A stretch of DNA of 64,000 nt from Paraspadella gotoi (Eukaryota; Animalia; Chaetognatha), in NCBI GenBank assembly GCA_051294375.1, contig JBJCIZ010000239.1, positions 2,741,476 to 2,805,475 on the forward strand, in the 5' to 3' direction. The notes under the pieces are model-generated. The model was not told where the DNA came from. It saw only the letters and a list, made by a program, of their open reading frames with translations, and made no database searches. A program made the translations under genes and the position numbers. Below, in pieces: positions 25,398 through 39,480 of the stretch. The stretch's first letter is position 1. Each line of letters starts with the position of its first letter.

Positions 25398-26590
25398 ATG
25401 ACGAATCTGAAATCCCAAAGGCCTCGTCTCCCTCTGCCCTCCTCCACTCTCCCCTGGCCTTTTCCCGATACGTCGCCCTTTGGCTTCAAACAAAATCTGA
25501 CGTCTCTGCTGCGTCGCGCGGGGACCAGAGTTATCATGACAACCGTCGCCGTCATCGGAGGCTTTTGGGTCAGACGTCTCAATCGTTGTGAGATTCACAA
25601 TCGGGAACCTTGGCTCAAACTGGTAAGTGTTAAGATACTTAAATATTAAGTTCAAGAAAAGTTATGCGGCGCAGACACTGCGGTTTCACCACCGACTAAA
25701 TACAAACGAACCCCGATGGCTTAGCTGGCTAAAGAGAACCATCCCAACCGAGTCGGCTTAAATTCCGGCGGCCTCCCGCTTAGTTGGCGGTACAGAGCCA
25801 GTGGTAGTAGGCGACCATTCAGGGTCCGAACCCCTTAACGCAATTCGGTGAGATGCCCCGGGCCCTGGGCATCAGAAGTGATCCTCGCCGATGCTAAAGC
25901 TGCTACTTCCAGGTGGAATATCGCGACGACCGTCCACTCCTCAGCATCTCCAATCACTCCTCTTGTCTCGATGACGTCTTCATCCACGGCCTTTTGCCTT
26001 TCCGCGTCAAGTGCCGCCCTCGTCTCATGCGCTGGACCCTCGCCGCCGACGATATTTGCTTCCGCCGCCCGTCGCACGCGCTCTTCTTCTCTATGGGTCA
26101 AACGGCGCCCGTCGTCAGGGGCAACGGCGTTTACCAGAAGAGTGTAGACGCGATGATCGACGTATTGGACTCCAACGGCTACGTCCACGTTTACCCCGAA
26201 GGAGGGATCAACATGACCCACGAATGGACCCGTCTTAAATGGGGCGTGGCCAGAATGATCTCGGACTCCCGCGTCCCGCCAATCCTCGTCCCCGTCTGGC
26301 ACGTGGGCTTCGAGGACATCCTTCCCAACTATCCGCCCTACGTGCCCAGAGTCGGCAAACGCACGACCGTCCTCTTCGGAGCGCCCATCGATACGGAGTG
26401 CTGGATGGAGGAGATCCGGCGGATGGGCGAGGAGCAGAGGCGCTTCGAGGATTCTCTCTTTACTCGAGATGAAAAGATTAAAATTATGAAAATGTATTCG
26501 TTGGATTCTTTGAGTTGCGCCGAGCATTCGAGGAAACGAATCTGTGATTTCGTGGAGGAAAAACTCAAGGAATTAAAAATGGAAGCTTAA
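25398..26590 (+). CDS. TAZ: Tafazzin (cardiolipin transacylase), 2 coding exons (25398-25622, 25913-26590)
   Basis: SNHSSCLDD (HX4D), MRWTLAADDICF, PVVRGNGVYQ, HVYPEG, RLKWGVAR, PPYVPR. Confidence 0.95.
25661..25890 (+). other. Structured GC-rich intronic element, copy 1 (tafazzin intron); possible SINE or ncRNA
   Basis: Shares CGGTTT..ACTA...ACAAAC and the GTGA-GATGCCY-N8-GGGCATC-A hairpin with 41810-42095; contains an A-box-like TGGCTTAGCTGG. Confidence 0.45.
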
Positions 26591-26908
26591 ATTTACACGA
26601 CGGACGATCGTCTTGAAGTTCGTTTAGTCCGTGGATCTTCTCTTCGTTGTTTTCGCGTTCACTGCCGATTCATTATATTAGATATTTATTATTTATTTGA
26701 TATTTAATTATCCATCGATCGTATATCCTGTTGCATGTTGAATCTCATTCGTTTTTTTTTTTTTCTACAAGTTTTTTACATTTTATATATATCTAAAAGA
26801 TGAAACATAACCGCGCTACTGCGAGGTCGTCCAACGCGGCCCGAAACTTATTCATTCCTAGTCGATGTTGATTGCGAATTCAATCTCAAAAAGACTGAAG
26901 TGGATAAA

Positions 26909-30444
<3,536 letters not shown>

Positions 30445-31487
30445 GCCTCTCGTTAGAAACATTTTCAGTTAACTTTTTGTCCAAATTATGGCGGAGAAAT
30501 TGTAAAGCTAAATTACTCTCAAATGACGCGGTTGACGCGCATAGGCGTAGCTATAGATTTTATTTTAAGTAGAACTTATATTTAATCGCTAAGACTTAAA
30601 AGTAGGACCGCAAAACATATTTCGTCTCCTTTGTTGTCATTGTTTTTTTTTTAGAAAAAAAGCATCCAATTCTGTTTTTATCATGAGTAGAAATTTTCCA
30701 GTAGCTTGATTTAATGACCCAGTGGTTGATTCCAGTCCGGCCTTGTTTTTAATTTTATTTTTTGTCGCGGCAACGAAAACTTTAAAACACGAGCAATGTT
30801 GTAAGTAGCTTTCGAAATTACCTATCGTACTTAAGACATTGTACCATCTTCAAATCTTTCATTACTGAATAAAACAACGACGCTAAGACAGGGATAGTTA
30901 AAATGTATTATTGAGTTAGCCTTTCGTTTCATTACTAGTACTTCCCCGATCTGTTATATTTTATAAAATTATTACCTACATGAAACTGCAATCTTCAGAT
31001 ATGGATTTTGTATATCCAGAGACAAATTTTTCTGCTTTTAAATCGAAATTCACATTTCATTATTTTTCCCCCCTCTAAATAAACATTTTTTTAATTTGCT
31101 ATTTTAACAGCTGCGAGTTAATACAATACGGTCACTTCCCCCCGTCATTCAAGCAAATTAAAAAATCGTTAAATATTAATTTTTGTGATATATATTCAGT
31201 ACAATCTTAGCTATATTTGTTACATAAGCGTCCATTAAGATGTTGATCTCACGAGGTTGTTTATTTTTATTTAAATAAAGTAAAGACAAAAAATTAGAAT
31301 TCTACCTACGACCTACGTATGGTCTATCGCTCGATAGGTTGAGTGGAATAAGATCTATTAAATAAGTGAGAAAGCTTTTGGCATTTGGCTCATAAAAGCC
31401 AAATAAAGCTTATAAGATGGTGAAAAAGCTTTCTAAACAGACAGGCCTTCGACTACGGGATGCCCTTTGTTTTCTGACGAATTGGCC

Positions 31488-31545
31488 TTGCTCCGTCAAA
31501 GCTGTCATCTTTCTCACCTTCTGGCAAGGTGAGAGAACTTTTTGC
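31488..31545 (+). repeat. Exact 58-bp duplicate of TMEM184B 28443-28500 (exon end plus donor site)
   Basis: TTGCTCCGTCAAAGCTGTCATCTTTCTCACCTTCTGGCAAGGTGAGAGAACTTTTTGC occurs at both positions. Confidence 0.95.
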
Positions 31546-31632
31546 GCTCTTTGGCGGACGTCGATTGGTTTGCCACATTCAAGTTCTTTTTTCTGTTCTG
31601 CCACCGAAACATAAATAGCGGAAATATTAATG

Positions 31633-32265
31633 AATATGGCCAATAAGGCGTAGTGAAAGTTACGTACGAAAATTCTAAAGGTCAATTATGAACAACATAC
31701 CATCAGTGAACATTAATTTGTAAAAAAAATTAATTTTATATTTTTTAATTTTCGCAGTAGGCTATATTTATATATAGTACTATCCTTATAAAATCGAAAA
31801 ATTTCAAAATAGGCTTTTCCTAATTTTTATTGCAGATTTGAATTCCACGTCAAAAGTTGATAAAAGAAAATATAAATTATTTTTAAAAATTCTTTCATTA
31901 AGTGGGTTAAAAATTAAAAAAACTATATTTAATATATAAAAAGTTAATTTTCATCTTAAAATATAGTTTTTTCTAATTTTTTACCCACTTAATGAAGGAA
32001 TTTTTTAAAAAGAGTTATATTTCTTTTTATCAACTTTTTATGACGAATCCAAATTTGCAAAAAAATCTTAGAAAAAACTGTTTTGAAATTTTAACATTTA
32101 TTGGATTAGTACTAGTATAAATATGGCCTACTGCGTAAATTGTAAAATTTATTATAAATTTTTTTATACATAAATGTTCATTAGTATAATGTTGTTCGTT
32201 CCTCACTTTTAGAATTTTAATTAAAGTTAAATTTAGAAATTTTACTACCCCTTAATGGCCAAATA
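31633..32265. mobile_element. AT-rich foldback/MITE-like element; imperfect inverted arms of about 300 bp
   Basis: 31894-31930 pairs with 31959-31996; CGCAGTAGGCTATATTTA pairs with TAAATATGGCCTACTGCG; GAACAACAT with ATGTTGTTC; termini TGGCCAATAAGGCGTAGT with ACTACCCCTTAATGGCCA. Confidence 0.75.
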
Positions 32266-32959
32266 TAAGCTTTTTGCCTCTTCTATGATTTTCAACTCGA
32301 CAAAATGGGCGTTTTGATCCATTTCATTAACTAAATAGATCCGGACTCATTAAAAATGAAATCTTTTCTCTGGGGGGGAAGAAAACCAGTTTTTTTGACG
32401 AAGTGATATTTTTATTTATTATTTATTAAGAGGAATATTGTGATAAACGTTGACTAGACAAATCAAGGTAACAATGCAAAAATTCAAGTTCCATACATTC
32501 TATTTTTTTTATCACAATTTGTGTTCTGATTGATCGTGCCTTTTTGTAAAAATAGTAATCTGTAAAATGATAGCTTCGTCCGGTTTGAACGAAAATAGGT
32601 TGCCACAATGAAACGTTTGCGAATTTCATGCACGTGCGACAAATAAAAACTGCAACAGACTCATGCAAATATTATAACGTAGAGACGAAAAGGGTCAAAA
32701 ACTAAACTAAATTATTGTCAGAGGTGGATGAGATTAGCTCAAAACGAACATTGATTCTGAAAGTATTCCACGGTTCGGAATATGAAAATGGCCCATAATC
32801 TTGTAAACAGAACTTAAATGAATGAAAAAGAGAATTTTTTGCCAGTAACAAAAATAGGTTTCAAACAGGTTTTTAGATTAAACAAAATTTTATAAATAAT
32901 TCGTTTAATTTACCAATGATACGACATAAGAACGTAAATTAAGAGTATTGGTGAACCAA

Positions 32960-35900
32960 CTACTGCCGATATGTCTTGCGATCTCGATTAAAAACTGTGT
33001 CGTAGGCCGATGTCTTCCCACATTTCCACATGGCGGTCAATAGATTTGTGAAGCCCGTGTCTCGCGGCTTTTCGAGACCTCGAAGCCCGCGTTGTTTCAT
33101 GACTGGCCAAAGGGAAAGGAAAAGTTTCATCAAATTGCCCAAAAAGGCGCCAGACTCGATTTTTAGTTGCGCCGCGAGTACTCGCGAGTCACTTGTTTGT
33201 CGGTATTTCTCTCCGTCCCACTTATGTTAAAAATGCTCAGAACTCGCCTCGTTGCACATTTGTTAAGACAGGAAAAAACCTCAAATCTACGCGATTGCTA
33301 GCGCCGCCTTCAAGAAATCCTAAAACTATAAAGAATAAAAGACGGAATTCCGATGCAATTGTCATAGATACACTGGCTCAGTAAGTCACTGTGGCGCAAC
33401 ACATTGGATAAACCTATCTAAAAATCGATCTAAAAATGAAAAATTCTTTCCCAAAATCAATTAGACTATGCAATGTGAAACTGTCGTATCTGAACTGAGA
33501 TCTCATTTCCAACCGCCTCGCCTCACCCGAGATGAACTCCTTGTGCGAGAGGTGTCCGTCTTGATCCTCGTCGAAGAGAACGAAAATGACGTCGATGACG
33601 TGGTCGGACGCGGTGACGCCGGCCACGGTGCGCGCCACGTGTTTGAACGTCGGCTTGTCGATCGGGGCTCCCGCCATGTGGTAAAACGTGAGAGCGACGT
33701 CGACTTCTTGGATGTTGTTGAGAAAAGAAAAGAAGTCGACGAAGTCTTGGAAGGTGATGCCCGGTGATGTCACTGAGAGGAAAAGAGTGTGTTTTGTGAA
33801 ACAAAATTCATGATCGGAGACAATTACACTCTTTTAAATAAATTACAATTACATCCGGGAGATTTTTTTGTCTCTATAACGTCGGACGTTGCTTCTCCCT
33901 CCTCGATGTCTTCCACCGCCTGACCAAAGGCCCGCTTGACGCGCCGCTTCATTCGTATCACCTTTTTGTCGGAAAAGCCGGCGTAGGTCAGGAGACAGTC
34001 TGCGAAATCGATCTGATGAGAAAGAGAAAAATTATTTTTAATGTCACGATGTATCTAGAAAACATGACTGACCACAGAACCGACCTCCTTAAGCGTTCCG
34101 TCCGGGTTGAGATTGTAGCGATGAAACTCGAGCGCAAGAATCTCCTGCTGCAGTTGCTTTTGAAACTGAATGAACTTTTCCGCCGTCAACTTGACGTCGC
34201 GATTTGTTCCAAAGAAATAGGACGTCAGCGCGGGTTGAATGCCCTTGGCCACGTTTCCTTGCCGTTGTGGAATTCATAATCGCATCATTTGAGATTTTAT
34301 TTTAATATTAGGATAAACGGTTCACTTACCCGTGTTGGAATGATCGCGATGACGCTTCCCGACTTTAGTTCTGTTCCTCAGGATGTTTTGCACTTTCTCA
34401 AACTCGGCCAAGTCGACATTGCCGTCTCCGTCAAAGTCGAACATCTTGAAGGCCATCTCGAAATGACGCGGGGGCGTCGACAGCATCGTCAAGAGAAACA
34501 AGTAGTCTGCAGGGGGTCGGGATGTAATTTGACATAACGGAATAGTGCGGGACGAAGGGCTTTGATGCTTACCTGAAAAAGTAATGAGCCCGTTTTCTGC
34601 CAATTTGTAGAAGATGGAGTCTTTGGGTAAGTTGGAAGAGACTTTGTACTTTTTGGGGTCGATCCGCTGGAATTGATCGAGGCCGAGACCTTCTGGTTGT
34701 TTGCTTCCGGGAGTCAATGACCGGACGAAATCTTCCGGTGTCATAAATACCTTAGTAGTTAAACAAATCACAAGGTTAACACTTTTGGCTATTGCAATCA
34801 CTTCCGATCATAAACATTGTCAACTATTGAGCAGTGGCTTCGAAAAATGATTTGCTCTCTGTAAATTACAAAGTGGGAATAAAATTTTTAAAATTAGAGA
34901 AATTGAAAATATCAGTGTTTACGACCGGAAGTACAAATCAAAGAGGTTTTTTGTAGGGAAGTTTTTGTTTCTGTTGCACCAAAGGAAAATTTATTCCAAT
35001 TCAAAATAAAATAAAACAAATCGTCTGGTGCTTAAGAAATGGCTCACTACAAAATGTTTTCTTCATCTCATGCGAGGCTATCTAACAACAAGTGACAATG
35101 AATAAATAACTTAAAAATCAATTACGTCTGGTCTCTTATAAAGGGGAAATCAGGAACAGCAATTTTTTTTGTTTTGCACGAAAAACAGGCCAATGAGATG
35201 AGCATAAAAAGATTTTTATACTGTTTAAATTTGATAAGGAAACATTTACGATGGCAGCAGACGTTAAAAATGTCAATTATTATAATCGGACTTAGATCGT
35301 ATTGTACTCAAAGTTTCCTTCGAGTTTTCAATAAAAAATAAACAATTGCTTTCAAGTTAGAATATACGTTTGTATGCGTTTTACCCACCCGAAAAGTGCT
35401 CAGATGTTTCTATAATAATTTTAAAATGGAAGGGGTAACAAGTCATAGTTTAATAATATAATAATTTAATTCACGTAGGAAAGCAGAAACCAAATTCTAA
35501 GTAATCGTTAATATTGCTCAATAGTCCGTGCTCACTTCATTTATTCATTAATTGATATATTTCCTAAATCGACTGATTAATATTAGTGTTGACGTTAACA
35601 TTGACAGAGCAATATTCACTCAAATAAAAAACGTTTATACCTAAAAAAAAAATGAGACGAGGACTAACAATTTTTTTTTTCGTCGATGCAATTCAAGGTG
35701 AGAGGGAAGAAAAAGTGGATGGACTTTGACGAGTGTTTTGGTCGAACTTAAAAAGCTGCATCTAACGGACTTGTGCTTTCTAACTGATAATTATTTTACC
35801 TGAGACTTATGCTTAAACTCCCTTCGCTAAAAATTGTAAATTGAATCCAGACGAATATGAATTTTGGTTTAAATCTATTGACCGCGCAAACGGCGCCCCA

Positions 35901-36987
35901 CTCTGCGTTCCTCACCTCGTGGCCGGGCTCGGTCTCCGTCTTGGCTTGAAGCGTCGCAAAGTAGCGAAAGATTTTGTCGGGGGTTGAATAAGCGCGGATT
36001 CGGTTCTCGTATTCGATGATGCGACGATCTCGAAAGCCCACCTTGAGAAATCGAGAAAGGAAAACAAAACTAATATTAAAATCCAAAATGAAAATAGACA
36101 CATTTAGATTTAATACTGCAAAATGTAAATGATATTGAGAAATTCAATCTCATTTAAGATTATATTAAATAATCATCTCTTAAAAAAGCAAGATTGAAAA
36201 AAAAATGGGAAAGTTATGAAATGGGTCAATTTCGATGGCGGATGTAAATCGAGACTCAACTCTTTTCTTTTTGTTCGACTCGTCGACGTCTTTCTCGACG
36301 CATTCTTCGAGTTTGAGGTCGTCAGGGGAAACCTAAAATCGAGGGGTAGGAGGCGGGAAAAGTTAGTTAAAAGAACCAGAGAAGATATATGTGTAAAAAA
36401 ACAAATTAAAAAACAAGCAGGGCTCGTTGGGCTCAAACTAAAAGCGGACTTCACAGGAAGCAGTCAAGCACCAACCTTCGATTCGTCACCCGCATTGACG
36501 GCAACTGCGGCGGGAGTTGGCGCGGTTCGTTCGCTCGATTTGATGTCGTCGGTGTCGACAACCGTCTCCGACGAAGAAGTGCCACAGTCGGCAGCGCGAA
36601 CGATGGAGAAGGGAAGAGAAAACGTTGGGAGTATGGATGGATTATGACGACGGTAATGAAGGAAAAAGGCGCCGCTTCCGAACAAGAAGAGACCTACGGA
36701 AAAAAGGAACGTTATGCGAATTTATTCCAAAATTACATCGGAATAAGTCGGATTAATCGGTTAATCAAAACACCCGCACCCAGAAGCGCGTCTTTGAAAG
36801 GTGATTTAGTCGAATTGAATCGGTAATGAGAGCGATGAAACCGGCGGTAAAGATCCAAATTCCCACGAGAATAAGCGAAGACAAAGGGAGAGGCACCCGT
36901 CGCCCCCAGCACTCTCGTCTCTGACCAGCAAATGCGGGTCAAAGGGGAGGAGTGGGAGAGGACGGGACGAAGGGTCGACAGACTCAT
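32960..36987 (-). CDS. MICU1: Mitochondrial calcium uptake protein 1 (EF-hand), multi-exon
   Basis: [99 protein letters not shown]. Confidence 0.96.
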
Positions 36988-37839
36988 AGTTAATACAAAT
37001 CAATGTTAATATTAGTCGAGAGGGAAAAACGTAAAGTTATTGAGTTAATAGCCAATCATTCTTTAGCCCACGACCGGTCGGCGAGTTTTTTTCTCGAAGC
37101 TTTTTAACGAGCATCGCCTTGCCTGGAAAATGTAAACAATGGTAGAAATACGTTGGGATCATGAAAAGCCCCAGTGGCTACGCCGATGAAAGGTGAATCG
37201 CTGTTTCTTTTTTTTATGCGCGCTTTTCCTTTTCCTGAGTCGCCGACTCGGCGCAAAACATCATCGCTTAGATTTTCAATTGCATTTAATTTAACTTTCT
37301 TTTGCCAACTACTGGTAATAAGATCAATTTATTGTTAGGGAAATTATTTGACTTAACATTACTTTTGATCTTACATGACTAAACTGTTATATAACTAACT
37401 CGTCTAGATTTGTAAAAGTAATGCCCTGAATATCGAGAGCTGAATGATCATCTCTAGCCAAAACAAATTGGAGACAAGTTTCAAGGAAACTGGTAGGCTG
37501 GTAGTCTGGTTTAATCAGTAAAAAATCGGGATGATTTCAGCTTTTTTTTCCAAACAGCTGAAAAAAAAAAACATAAATCGAAACGGAAAAGAAGTGAAGG
37601 AACGTCTTTGTTTTTAGATTACTTTCAATCGGGTGTTTTATGGGATATTTTTGAACGAAAGTAATTTAAAATTAAATCTCAATTGAATCTCGGAAGCAGC
37701 CTTCACCCTCCCCACTACGCAGTTCCTCGACTTCTTTTTCCGCTTCGATCGCAGTCTTCGAAGGGAAATTCTCGCGACGGCGGCGGCGACGGCGGCGGCG
37801 ACGACGACGACACCCGCGTGGGCGAGAAAAGGGTCGGGA

Positions 37840-39094
37840 TCATCGGAGAAACACGTCGGTGTTTCTGAAGGAGGACTTGTCGTTGAGTGAATCTCGGTGA
37901 CACTTGTATTCCATGACGGTGTCGCGCGGAAGGTTGAGCACGCGGGTCAGAGTATCTCGAATACGCGCGCGAGTCTGTTGATCCCCAGAGTTTTGATTCC
38001 AAATGGACACGATGTCCTCCTAAAGGGCGGAGTCGGGTTTATCAGATAAAAAAATCTCTGCTAATTCTCGAATCTTGCGATGACGAACCTGATATCGAAT
38101 CGAGACGACGGCGCCGCAGATCTCCTCCCCGACCATGAACTGCTCGCCCAGCATGGCCAGGATCATGTTCTCCCAGCACCGCGACGCAAGGCCTGGAGAC
38201 AAGGGAATCATATTTTCACTCCCTGAAGCAAATTATAACAGCCAACTGCGACGAACCTTTCCGGAGACGCACGATCCACTTTCCTCCCATCTTGTTCTTC
38301 TCATCCTCCCACATGGGTTTGATGCTTTCCTTGAAAAGATGTAGGTCGCAGTGGCCCGTCAAGTCGTTCGGTCGCACCATGAAGCTGTACAAGTGCCAGA
38401 ATTGTTCCACCGAAGCGAAGGAACCAACGTAACGAATGCTCTTTTATTTAAGAAGAAATTGAGGGTTTTTGAAGCCAGAAATACAAACCAGAAAATTTCG
38501 GGAAGCCAAGACTCACCTGCTCGTAGTTCATGGGCGAAGCTTGTCGTCCCGGCGAGCGCTTGGAGAACCAAAAGGAGAAGGCGTACTGGAGTCGGTGTTC
38601 GCCGGGACCGGGTTGAGTCTCGCCCAGTTTGGGTGGTGGACGATAATTTTGAGGAAGAGAAGGAGATCCTTCGACTGGGAAGGAAGGGGTCACAGTCTTC
38701 TCAGTTGCCAAGAGGGAAGCGGTAGGATTTAAGAGCTTACCCGTTTCTGCGTTGTGAAGGGGGAGGCTGGATTGCTCCGGGGTGCGACCGCCCCGTGGGA
38801 CCAATCCACCACCTCCGCCTGGAGAAGGCGCGGCCGCGACGGGGGCCGATGCCCGCGGGGGAGAGGAATCTTTGGTCGAGGCAACGAGCGGGGGAGCTAG
38901 GGGCGGCGGTGGGACAAAAAAAAGTTAACGTTTCTCTGTTGATAAAAAAAAACCAGGGAATGGCAAGAAGACCACTCACAGTTTCTTTGATTGGGTTTCG
39001 ATTCTTTAACCTCGTTGTCCGAGTTGGAACCGCTGCCTCCGCTGCCTCCGCTGCCGTCTTCCAACTTTAACGCGTTGAATTTGTTAGAATTCAT
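37840..39094 (-). CDS. EIF4E2: Cap-binding protein eIF4E type 2 (4EHP), multi-exon
   Basis: MNSNKFNALK, GEHRLQYAFSFW, SVEQFW, IKPMWED..NKMGGKW, GLASRCWEN..LAMLGEQF, EDIVSIWN; ends DKSSFRNTDVFLR* at 37840. Confidence 0.95.
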
Positions 39095-39480
39095 TTTCTT
39101 AAACTTTTTTTAGTATCTTTTCCCTACTTCTCTTTTTTTTATGAAACTGTTAGTTACGATTCGAGCTTACGTCTAAGCCTAAAACAAAAATGATATGAAT
39201 CCGGTGCATCCTTTATTTTCAATCGCGAAGGCACAGTCTGTCTCTCCAAAAGAAAATTTATTTCCAGTTTTTTGATGACGAAAATGAGAAAGCATGAAAG
39301 TCAAGAAAGGACAAGGGCTTTTTATGAGTTTTTATCACATTCGTTCTTCATTAAAATATTCCAGTTGCAGTTTCCCCAACTAAACTATTAAATTCATACG
39401 TCGGTCGATCCAGTAGAATCCACGTCTAAGATAATAACGTCACCCGTTTCACCAAATTTTAATTTCTAAGAATTGGCCTC

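Noticed and set aside
25711-25840. Functional tRNA genes, RNase P/MRP RNA or an HDV-like ribozyme in the tafazzin intron
   Set aside because: A/B-box-like text is present, but I find no complete cloverleaf, P4 motifs or ribozyme core. It is kept only as an unclassified element.
31417-31614. ORF containing [14 protein letters not shown] as a second TMEM184 gene
   Set aside because: Similarity is confined to the 58-bp duplicated fragment.
37715-38002. ORF-track 95-aa ORF as the EIF4E2 C-terminus
   Set aside because: Wrong frame; the conserved EDIVSIWN...EYKCH frame stops at 37840.
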